DNA from: Balanoglossus misakiensis
Taxonomy: Eukaryota > Animalia > Hemichordata
Reading direction: 5' to 3'
DNA length: 64,000 nt
Assembly (NCBI GenBank): GCA_040954595.2
Contig: CM082594.2
Location: forward strand, 5,875,319 to 5,939,318
In this document: piece after piece, positions 27,565 through 39,300 of the stretch
Numbering within the stretch: position 1 is the first letter of the stretch
Layout of the letters: the number at the start of each line of letters is the position of its first letter
Made by a program: the position numbers and the translations under genes
Notes under the pieces: generated by a model
Database searches by the model: none
What the model was told of the DNA's origin: nothing
Seen by the model: only the letters and a program-made list of their open reading frames with translations

Positions 27565-30500
27565 ATCATACATAGGTTGCCTACCCAACTGCCTACCTAC
27601 CTTCCAGGAAGACAGAGAACCTGGTACTGTGAATTTTGCCAATGGGTCTGCCACACCCATTTAATATTAAACTACCAGATATTTAATAATATTAGATGTT
27701 CCGTGATCACCGATTTAATTGAAGCAATGGGATCAGGTGTTCCTGCCGTGCGTGTGTGGCCTCGACTGAGGACACGAATTGTACTTCTTGAGACACAGAA
27801 GTCTCGCTGTTGTGTTAGCAAGAATCAGAGTTTCCATGGAACACAATCCAGGTTTTTTTTCTGCTGTGATAATAAATCATGATTGTTAGCCCCTTTCAAA
27901 ACAGAACATGTTTGAATGGATGGAACTGGCAGGCGCACCTGAACCGGCGTATGATGGATGCGTTTGTACCGGCGCGTCATATATTGTATACAGCCATCCT
28001 GTCCGTCTGAGGCCCCCTATTCATCTCTTAAATCGTACAATTAGGCAAGTTGCAATGTCAGAAGCAACCGTGGAAAATCTGTGTGCGTCTCTTTCTGAAA
28101 AGTGATATCCAGGATGCGTTGGACAAAGGAGCTCTAAACATGTAGAGACGGTATTAGATCGGTAATAGCTTTATTTTGCATGTAAAGAGGGTTCTGGATA
28201 CCGGAGATTATGGGACGCAAATAGTTTTAGGAAGAGTACCTCAAAAGTAAATTTAAGTTTGATCACCTATCAAATGCACATTAATAAACATGAGTTTAAC
28301 AAACAATCAGCAGTGAAAAGTTTCTACTTTATGAAGTGCTCTTTTTTCATGTTACAACTAACTCTGGTGACTCATCAAAGGTCAGAACTCAGTCGAAGAA
28401 AGGAAAGGCCGTTTTATCTTTCATGTACTTGACGCGCACGCGAGAACAGATTATTCGTTGCCATAATCACCTGTTCATTCAACCGAAACAGCTACAGCGA
28501 TATACAAGCACGTGGTAAATGTCGAGAAACTTCTGAACAAACACACACGTTGTACACAGCGTGGGCTTAATGAGCTGTTCTTAGTCAAGCCTCGGCGGAA
28601 CGCAACCTGAAATGAATTCCATCAGATGCTGTGTGGCCGGGAATGTGTAAACATAGATTCTAATTATCACTTGGGCACTTGTTTTGAAAGGGTGATGGTC
28701 TTTTCGCAGCGGGGATTTCTCGCCTCGCAAGATGTAATGTTTGATATTCTGGGGGTGAAGGTCACTCGCGATACCTCCGCGTTTGTGATAATGGTTGAAA
28801 TCGATCGATTGTATTAATCTGATCGAGATGTGTGCATGAATGCTTCGCGTTGGCGATCCGTTGTGAGCGAGAGTGTGTACCGGGGGCAAAATAATCATTT
28901 CACACATCGTGTTCAGATAGACAGTTTGGATGAATATGTCGACATGACACAGGTATTCACACAGCGCATTGCGTGCACACAAATTACTTTCTTCATGGCT
29001 GCTTGCCTTGCTAGCTTGATGCCTGCATACCAACGCATATCTCCCTCACCACTACCTCCCTACCGAGCCAACAAGCCACTGAACATCCTGAAACAAACCC
29101 GTGCCCCATTCTCGCGAGTCATCTATCAGAAACTGTTGCATACCTAGAAACATATTTTTAATGTTTCTCTCATCTTGTGAGGTCACAAATACACTAGAGT
29201 CAAGACAAACAACCACTTATAGTCTGAAACAGAGAGAGACAGAAAATGGCGGCCCTGCCAGTTCCACAGTAAGGTGGACGCCCTATGACCCCTGCCACAC
29301 GTGGCGCTGCAGGAAACAGCTGAGCTCTTGCGGTTTGATAAAATTTACTTACTGCGCAACTACTTTTAACTCTCCGTCTATGGTATGCAACTACTTAATC
29401 CAATCAGTCATTCGTGAAATATCTTTTTAACATGGATTCAAACAGCGAGTTCGAGTGTGAGAGAGAGAAGGGCAGGCAAATAGGCTGACTGACAGATGGA
29501 CAGACAGATACAGGTGGCATTTCCCCCATAAGGCCATTTACCATAGCCCACGTGACCATGGGAGTGAAATCCGGATCGGTGGCAGTATGTCGTACAGTGT
29601 CACCTGCGTACCCAGTGACTTTGCATCAATCAAATTGAGCTAAGGAACACTGCACAATAAACCCAGTCTTTCCACAGACTCAGGCTTAAAACCAGAGAAT
29701 GCGGAATCTTTTGAAGCTGACGTTCACAGCTTTGTGACTCTTTCCTGTCAGTTTATTCATAGACTTTGGAAGAAGATGGTTTAACGTAATTCGTGTCGCA
29801 CAGTGCTCAGACAGTGTCGATTAGTCGAATACTGCATGTCGTCTTCATCATGTTTTGTGAATAAATGCCAAAAGCTACTTATCAGTGCCGTTCGAACTCG
29901 ACAACACATGGCACTTACATTATATTGGGCGACATTTCGTGATTTGCTTTTAGGCGTCATTTGACACTGAGGTGGCAATAGTTCTTAGCACTAGTACAAT
30001 TGTGTGAGGGAATTACTGTAGTGATAGCTCGTTTCGTGGAATATATTTTAGGGCAAGTCCAGGTGCCCCTGTTCTGTTCGACATTTGTGAGTGTAATGTG
30101 TGTATTATGGCCGGCCTTCTGAATGCGTAATTCTCTGTTCTGCCGCGATATCACCTCACATGCACGAGCGTTGCTTGCTTGCCGAGCAGGAAGGGTACCG
30201 TACACCGGTGGCCGATGATATATCTATCGTATCATGTCGCCGCATGACACGTCGTGAAATTAAAAGCTACCCAGTTTCTCGAGAAAACGAAATCACAGCG
30301 AGACAAGTGTTGGAAGCACCTCAAACACTGCGTAGGTTATTAGCAGTGAGTGGAGAAATGCCGAACTCCAAATTGCCAGGGATAATTTATTCGCAGGGAA
30401 ATCGTGCGAAATTTATTAAGGGAAGGGCGAGGTAATGGCCCCGCGCGATGTACGAGTAGTAAATCAGATGACTACAACGCTCGGTTACGTCGATTGAGTA

Positions 30501-32354
30501 GACCTCGAGGTTTGATGAATCCAGCTCGAGTGCGCCGTATCGGACGAGCAAATGATATTTTCCCCCAATTTCGATCTTCTATTTCCCTTCTTCGTTTGAT
30601 GGCCGCCTGGAACTCGCGGTGACATCTGCGACAATCGAGGGCATCTCTCTCCTGCCGACTCGTGGAATGCAAAGTATAATTTGCCAACGAGAAGCTTTCT
30701 CCTCCTCCGGGGAAGATGCATTAGAGTCCAGTGAATGTTGCATAAACCATTATGAGCTATCTTCGCAGGAGAAATCTTACTCAGTTTGTGATCATATTGA
30801 GTAAGACGATATCAAAATTTCAGCTGAAAAATCCAAGTGCTCATCGCCATGCATGTCGTATGTATGCATTTTCTGGTATTTTACCAGAGTACGAATTTAA
30901 GTCAGGCCACGCAAAAATTTCAACAACACGGCCATAATCTTCTACTGGACTCCATCTGCGCATGTGCGTATTACAAGCTTTAGAGAGCGCAGACCGCGCT
31001 TGAGCACCATTAGATTATTAAATTTTATACAATCCAGGCAGAATATCAAAAAGTTACTGCAGCTGCCGCTGTCCATCCAATATTGATGAGTGAATCACGC
31101 GACACGGTAGACAATCGTGATCACATTCCACAAGAATGAGATAAAGACGTAAAGCGATGGAAACGAATGCGTGAATATGAAATTAATTTTTGAAGTACAT
31201 GTACACGGTCGTATAATGATGCATTTGCGGGTAATTGATTCCATGGAGTCGGCTTTGCCACGACGGTGAAATTGTTCTCTGGGGACTTGAGGGATTTAGG
31301 TGATGTGACTTCTGAATCGTCTTTCTCTTTTTCTGGCAGTGGGCGAGTCGGTTGTCAACCCTTGTAGTTGTGTCTTAGAGTGAGAACTTTGAAACGGTTT
31401 TTGCGCCGCGGTTTGGCGTTCACGTAAAATGTTACTTGCTAATAAAAGTGGCGGGATAATGCCGTCTTATAGAGTCTGGGGAGAATTCTGTCGCACAGCG
31501 GAAAACACGGGGGCTCGTTGAAGTTTAAATGTGAATAAAGTAACACCTCCGGGGTTGTTAAATGTCAGTCTTTGTAGCGTTGAAACATGAAGGACTTGAT
31601 GAATTGAGACTCGGTTCTGGTGGGGGGGGGGTGAAAATTGCTTTAGTTTTTTTGAAGGCTATCATGGTATTTCGGAGTCATAGTTGCCGTTTCGTGCTTT
31701 TGTGATTGCTTTCCTCACACACGAGGGAGCCCGAACACTTATACGCCTACGGTACAGTTAATGGCTGTTCACAGCAAACGAGCGGAAGGCACTAGCCAGC
31801 GTAAAAATATTACACGGATGGATTTTTTGAAAAGTAATCGGTTTGTTACCCACTTTGATGGAAAGATTTGCTCGTCCTAGCATGGTATCAAAAACGGAAA
31901 TGAGGGTTCGTTCCGCATCGTTTAAATGATGAAGTTTCGGTGACTTCGGTTTTACAGTTTTCGAACTTCGAGCAGAAACTGACACTAGGAAAGAGTGTTA
32001 CAGTATACGTTATAATTGTGCCCTACCCCCTTACAAGCCAGAAAAAAATTAATGTGCATGGTCATGTGTGATGGTGAATGGTGACAATACGTGCACCCAG
32101 CCATACGAGTACTAGCACTCCGTGTCTCCTGTTGGCTAATCTGTTTGAATATTCAATTATCGACGACCCCTAACCTCCGCACCGTCAGATGGATAGCCGC
32201 GCTCGCGTGGGAGCGCATTGTATAGCTGGTTATTTTTAACAGGGTATATACGGTTTGCTGTTCGGGCGACACGATCAGCTGTGACTACGCGAACAGCTTT
32301 CCTCCGCATTTGATGTTTTCCCGGCGTTCATGAACAGTGCGTCGGCTTATCGCC

Positions 32355-32362
32355 GTATAAAC
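32355..32362 (+). promoter_or_regulatory. Candidate TATA box for exon 1a
   Basis: GTATAAAC about 290 nt upstream of the exon 1a ATG in a CpG-containing stretch. Position is similar to the element ahead of exon 1b. Motif match only. Confidence 0.3.
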
Positions 32363-32646
32363 AAGCGCGTGTTCTGACAGAGCATCGATCCGCCCGTGTT
32401 AATCGCGGAAACAAATCAGATGGTGTAGAGCTAGGAAAAAAAGACGGACATGTCGTATTAAGTCAGCTGTTTTATGGATAAGTGTAATTTAATCATATTC
32501 CAAGATTTGTAATTTCTCAAGGACTAAGGCAGATCGGGATTTTTTTCTCTCCTCAAATCGATTTCCCAGTAGCTGTGTGTGTCAAGTGGTTGGGTCATCA
32601 AGAATATTTCAGCGTGTCTTGGTTTAGCTGGGTTTTATCTGCAGGT

Positions 32647-33349
32647 ATGTTGCTTATGCGACAGATTCCTGTAGGTTGCCTGCCACTTACCGTCCTGCTA
32701 ATGTGTATCAGTTGCTGTCGAGGCAGGGATTTTATCATCGGCGTGATGTTGAACTTGAACGATGACCAGTCGCAGTACTCGGCCAGGAGAGTGGCGCCGG
32801 CGATCGACATCGCCGTCGACAAGGTGAACAACGACACCGCGCTGCTGCCGTCGCACCGGCTGCGGGCACTGCTCAACAACAGCGGCTGCGACACCATCCC
32901 GGCGCTGAAGACGGCCACGGACATTCGCACCATCAACGACCCGGACGTGATCGTCGGGCCGGCGTGCTGGGTGCCGATGGACATCGTGGCCTCGCTGGCG
33001 GGACACTGGCGCCTGCCGGTGGTCTCCGGCGCCGCCGTCGACCCGACCTACAGCAAGCGGCAGCTCTTCCCCACCCTGACGCGCACCTACCCCCACCTGC
33101 TGAAGCTGGTCTCCGCCTTCGTCAGCATGCTGGAGTACTTCGGCGTGCAGCTGATCGGGATCCTGTACAGCCGCGACGGCGGCGACCTGCTGCAGTACAT
33201 CACGGCGTTCTCGCTGGACAAACTGGTCCAGTCGACGACGACAAACGTCTCTTTTTCGAGCGACCCCGCAGGTACCAGGGAGATAAGTAGTTCAATGTCC
33301 CCCGAAGAGAAGGAGGAGGTGTATAATAGTGTCACTGGCGTCTCAAGAA
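32647..33349 (+). CDS. NPR1/NPR2-like: Alternative first coding exon 1a: signal peptide + N-terminal half of ANF-receptor ligand-binding domain
   Basis: ATG at 32647 begins MLLMRQIPVGCLPLTVLLMCISCCRG (hydrophobic signal-like), then RDFIIGVML..PAIDIAVDKVNND..NNSGCD..VIVGPACW..LAGHWRLPVVSG..FPTLTRTYP..GVSR. 703 nt, strongly GC3-biased core. Ends at phase-1 donor AGAA|GTAGGT (GT 33350-33351); A + TC of exon 2 gives Ile. Confidence 0.88.
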
Positions 33350-36300
33350 GTAGGTACACCTTTATTCCCCCCACACACTTAAATTGACAAGATTATTCAC
33401 TCACTGCCTAAACTCAAGCTGCGACAGCCTCAGTTGTGGTGATTTCTCCACGCGACAAAAGTCGCCGTAGCTCTATCTTTAGTAAAATTCTATCGTGCCT
33501 TTGTCCGTTCGCTACGCCATTGAAATCCTTTAAAATCTGACAAAAGCGCGCTTCACCGATCTCGTCCGTGCTTCGTCATTAAGTCGCATGCAATATCATA
33601 TACAATGTAGGATGTCATATTTTGGGTGCATTATTGCGTGGATGTACAGCCTTACCCAACGTAAAATCTCCTCTATCCCCGAGAAGATTAGCGTGCCTGG
33701 CGGCGTTCCGCTAATTGACGTACTTTTGCTCGTTTGCTATAGAAATGAACCACCACGTTGTCGCAAAACCAGTAGCCTCGGATATCGCAAAATACCCCGG
33801 GGCTGACACGCGGTACTTAATCAATCTCCGAATATCTCTCATCCTAAATGAAAAGTCCTTTCCATAATTTCGTCCGTAAATCTCCAGTCTTTATTACTGA
33901 CTTGAGAGCATGTTGGCAGTGTGCTTCTATTCAAATAAGCCTCTTGATGAAAGACTAAGCAGTACTGACAAGGTATTCTTGTCAACATAGTCTGAGACTG
34001 AAATGTCTGGTGGTTTATGTCAACCCACAGCTCAAGCAGCAAGAATTGTGAATGTATATGTCGACGAAAATTCCAATCTGAGCTGCATAATATAAAATAT
34101 ATTATTTTCATATCGTGCGATTTTTGCCTGCTGCGTATATAGTGTTTTGGGCAAATTTGTGAAACATTGAAATTCCACTATGACAATGACGACATCACAA
34201 AATGGACTAATACCACACAGACGAGATGATTCTAATTGAATATGCAAATAATTTCAGTAACCTTTACCTCAGCCGTGCGCGTTGCGAGACACTTCCATCG
34301 CCATTCACATCTCATGCAGCGGTTGAAACGTATGCCGTGTTTCGCGCCAAAGCTATTTAGCTGGAATATGCGTAAGTCAGATTTGGGAGAGTAGGCGAAC
34401 CGAATAGTGTGCTCCGTTGCGCTCTTGCTGCAGTTGGAATGCCTTTGAATATATTTGATCGATTTTCTTGAGAGTCTCGCGAGATGCGACACTTCGATTC
34501 GAGCAAAGCTGTATTGATGAAGGTATGAAAAGCTTTTGATCAACGCAAGGCAGCATTGTTTCCTAAAAGCCACTGTAGATATTAAACTCTCAGTATAAAG
34601 CGGGGAGAGCAACAGAGCGGGGACAGCAGACGGCAGATGAGAACACGCGACGAATGTTGCTTTATTTTAAAAAGGCTGAGAGAAAAATTTTGCTTCGTAT
34701 AACTCGTAGAGTTTATACACACAAGTGATTTGTTTCTGAACTGAAACCTTCAATTATTCTGGGCGTCTGCGCCTACTCTCTCTGTTTGGATGTCGCTGAC
34801 TTGGCGTATGTTCACACTTCAAAGTTTAAATTGGAATTTTCGCGAGTCAAGATGAAGCCTGGCATAGCGCTGCGTCTGTTCCGATTACTCTTGGCGTTGT
34901 CAGTGTGCGGCGGCGGCGGTGTCAGCCACGCCAGAGAATTCCGCCTGTCCGTCATCCTGAACATCACCGATGACCCGTACGCGAGTCCGTTCACGGCGAC
35001 CCTGGTCAGTCCGGCCGTCGAGGTGGCCGTCGACTCGATCAACAACGACACCAGCCTGCTCCCGGGCCACAGCCTGCGGGCGATGGTCAACAACAGCGGC
35101 TGCACCACCACCCTGGCCGTGTTCACCGTCACCGACGTGCGGACCTTCTACGACCCGGACGCCATCATCGGACCGGCGTGCTGGGTGTCCATGGACGTCA
35201 TCGCCCCGCTGGCCGGCCACTGGAACCTGCCGGTCGTGTCGGGCGCCGCCGAGGACCCGACCTTCAGCAACAAGGAGAAGTTCCCCACGCTCACCCGCAC
35301 CTACCCGCACTACAAGACGCTGGCCAACGCCGTGGTGAAGTTTCTGAACTTCTTCGACCTCGGCTACTTGGGATTCCTGTACGACATTGAGAACCAATCG
35401 AACTTCATCATGGCGTTTTCGCTGGACGCGGTGGTGATGGACACGCCGAATGTCACGTTCACGAGCGACCCAGCGGGCAAGCGCGGCTTTAGGGCGACCC
35501 GCACACCTCTGGAGGACAGACTGTCGTTATATAAAGATGTCGCAAGCAGGTCGAGAAGTAGGTCTCCCATTTTAAATAAATAATCACATTTCCAGTATTA
35601 AACAATAGGTGGCTGTCGTTTAACCAGCAGGTTCTAGTCAGAGCAGGTGGGGTGCACCTGGTTTACATATTTGTGTACTTGATGTTCCTGATATAACACA
35701 CAAGTATAAGCGTTGATCAAGATCTTTGACATTCACCGCTTATAGTTCTCGTTATCTGCCGTCTTTAGAGGTAGACGTGCAAAATCACCATTGTCAGAGG
35801 GGAATATTTTCTCTAGTTTGGCTGTTTGCGTCAATTGAATCTTGGCTTTCAGTCTGGCCGTTCACGTCTCGAAAGTGGCGGGCTCGGTCCACGTGATTTT
35901 GAATAACGCACCCAGGTTTTTGTGCCTGAATGGGTTGCGAACGAGGCTGTTGGTGATTGGCACTGACCGCAGAAATCCAGACTGTCATATCCCGAAATAC
36001 CGAATGTAATTCCGCTCGTTACTGTCATAAAATGACACATTTCCAAATCTCTCGACACAAGAATGCAACGCCTTGTTTGCAACTGGCAGAGACAATCCGC
36101 ACTGGCCGCGAGGTCTTCGTTTTCTGATAAGTTAATTTTCCGTGCCATTTCATCGCATTTCGCGAGCCCCACGCTCTGTATAGCGATGGTATTTTAGAAT
36201 TAATTGGCCAGCGTGAACTCAGAAAGAACTATGTTACAGCGTATGCGAATAATGTTGTAGCTGCGACGAACACTCAGTTCCAAACACGAACACCCGCTCA

Positions 36301-39300
36301 TTTTCACGTTCGGAAACTTATAAGATTTCTCAAAACAGGAGCGTGTAAATATTCCTGTTTTTGTAGCAAATTGCTTACTTTTAAATTGTGTCGCTTGGTA
36401 AAGATTACTTCGTGTCCTTTTCTAGGCTTCATCGCACTTTTCAAAAGGGAGATTCCAGCAAAATTTGAATGACAAAACCAAAAAATAAATGATCAGGTGT
36501 TCAACTCGTGCTGTTAAAAAACGTCATTCCTTGTTACTTCAACAAGGAAAACCAACTCCGTGCTCGTTTCATCCACATGGAGTTTTTTGCGGCGTCGTAA
36601 TTACTTTCAGCCTTTGATAAACGTGACAGTCGTAAAAATACATTATTTTCAGCTGAAAAGGAACAGTCGGCCAAACGATTAGTGGTGTTTTTCTTCTTTT
36701 TAATGACGTGTTTACACCGACAACATCGCGATGCGAACACTGGGGATAATGACCGAAGTCTGCAGGTTGCCGAATTCTAATTTTTCGATGTTAGTCAATT
36801 ATATGCTAAACTTCCATAGGTTTCTCATTGCCCACGAAGAAGTTATTGTACCGGAAATGGAAGCAATTTGTATGATAATCCAGATTAAGTAAAACGGTCT
36901 CTTCTCCATATACCAACACGGTTCAACAACTGCCCGTTCCGTACGCATCTTGCCCACGGTCGCGCATGCAAATTTAGCCATAGTTACCATGGTCAGCGGA
37001 GTCTTAGCCAATCACAGACTTTCACTTGGTTGGAGTCACATCCTCAGAAGGTTTGCGTGCATTCTTGTACATATGTAAACAAGAGAGGAGAGTATCCCTT
37101 TAGCATCTTGATCAACCATCCTTAGTGTGCTCGTATTCCCTTTTCATATTTCGTACCCTAAATTTCGGCAAACATGTGATATATAGCCAAAATACGCCAA
37201 ATCACAACTATAGTTGTCACTCTGAAGTTGGAATTCTGCTCAACATAAAATGGAGGCAAATGTGAATTATAAATGTAATATATATATATGGTATTAAGGA
37301 CAATATATTTATCGATGGGCAGTTTGGCACGTCAGCATGGTTTAAAAACAAAGCTCCATGCTTTTAAATGTAATCAAGCAAAGGCGCGACCTGATAACAT
37401 TTTCTTGTGATCGATTTTTACAAAGCGTAAATGGTCCCTTTACCATTCACTGATAAATGTATTAGCGAATAATCCCAGCAGTTGAGTTGAGTTGAGCAGT
37501 TGATGTATTAATGTGAGGGGTTGCAGAGTGCTTGGAAATAATATGAATATGCACGCGAATGAATATGTAACTATGTCTATATTGCCGGATGTAAAGAAAA
37601 CATGTTTCGACTAATGTGGGTGTTTTAATACTGGGAGATATTATTGTTTGATGTGGTTAGACTGTGTGACACAGTCTCGGTCAAAGGTCGGTTTAAGGCA
37701 TTTTTGTCACCCCCTCTTAGATATCAAATGGTTCATCCCTAATGCACGCTTTATTATATCATTGACTGACGATGTACGTTTCATTCAATTATAAAGGAAG
37801 CTTTCAAGACATGATTTTCCCTGCGATAAAGCTTCTCCGATATTATATCGATGCCGCGTTTACATTGGCATTTGTTTTCAAAGAGAAGCCCTCGATATAT
37901 AACGCGCGACATTTACTCGCTGATCTGCCAACTCGAAATGTATCAGCGTACTTAACAGGCAGGAAATGAATTCTATTTACAAGTTTCCGCGCTGCAAGTA
38001 CCGAGCCGTTTGTCGCTCTTCCGTCGACGGGCGAAATCAAAGCGATGGCCCCGGGGCCTGAATCACACACGGGGGATGGGACAGAAGACAGTGACATTTC
38101 TGGAAAAAGACCCGACCGTATTGTCGACTACTTTTCGCGCAAGTATCGCCCTCAGCGCGTTTGTTTCCTTGCGTCCACAAAGCTCTGATTGTCGGGGGAA
38201 TTGGACACGGCCCCCCTTGATCGTGCTGCACACCACGCGTTACACAAAACATCATCCCGATATTCTTTGAAAGCTGAGTGTGTTCACTAGGGTGTTTAAA
38301 TAGTCAAGGCATCAATCGAAATATATAATGATGTGGTATTGTAGTAGAGCAGTGAGCTACGGTATTAACCATATAGACCCTGGAACGTACAAAAACATTT
38401 TTGTTTTGTTTTTCTCCGATTCGCTTTGTTTTTTCCTGTACTGTACTGTACTGTACTGTACTGTACTGTACTGTACTGTACTGTACTGTACTGTACTGTA
38501 CTGTACTGTACTGTACTGTACTGTACTGTACTGTACTGTAGCCAATTCTTACCACTGTGCAGTTGTTACTTGCCCTATATCTTTGTGCGTATACTTTCCG
38601 CAATGAAACTGACACTACGAGATGCTTACTACAGAGATGAAACGGACGCATCCAGAAGTTGACAGCGCTTATCCAAGCACGCCAGCTCTGCTGATAGATT
38701 CGAGTCGTCACTTATCTGTTTGGCTGTCGCGGACAGACATGCCCCAAGTAATCTAGTACACGATTCTCCATCAACCGCGTTTTCTGATGATAAACGACTG
38801 ATTTAAAATGGAAAGGTTTTGCTAGGGCTCGTACTCCAGACAGCCATTATTAACCTAGTATCTTCTTTAATCATTCCCTTGTAGAAATATTTCATTTTGA
38901 ATTATTCTCTTACTTGGGTAATTGGCCAGTGCTTAATCCTCTCTTAAAGTAATGAATCGATAAATTAAATTTTCAACAAAATGCGAAATAAATCTTTAGC
39001 TCAGTTATAAAAAAAATGAATGTTCACATAGAATCTAGAAAAGGCTAAGTTCAAATTCGCCAAGCATCACCAATATATATCATTTTGCCTTTGGGACACT
39101 CAAGACTTGCCAAAAGCGAGTAATCATCAGATATTTATATAATTGGACCTTCCATTTTAGGCTTGCCGAAGCAGCATGCACCCTTATTATACTGTACCTT
39201 TGGGGGGACTGTGGCGATAGACTGCAAACGACGATGGAGTCGTGCGGTGAACTCGCCTAACCTGTCTACTGAGTGGAGCCCTGGTGCCTTGAAGTTAACC

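Noticed and set aside
27287-27660. MYVC-repeat ORFs (also 60492-60825), YSTVQ/LYCTV ORFs at 38304-38711, and poly-H/M/D/I ORFs at 22301-22597 and 61498-61745
   Set aside because: Translations of microsatellites.
32575-32646. ORF-track N-terminal extensions of exon 1a (and 34786-34851 for 1b)
   Set aside because: They start at GTG/TTG (prokaryotic-style calls). The first in-frame ATGs directly precede signal peptides.
32598-35570. Long antisense and alternate-frame ORFs overlapping exons 1a and 1b (e.g. 32698-33096, 34900-35397)
   Set aside because: Shadows of extreme GC3 bias in the true + strand frames; no family motifs.
32647-35583. Exons 1a and 1b as two stand-alone single-exon genes (270 and 265 aa)
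   Set aside because: Homology stops exactly at a shared phase-1 donor, and the domain is completed only by exons from 53198 on.
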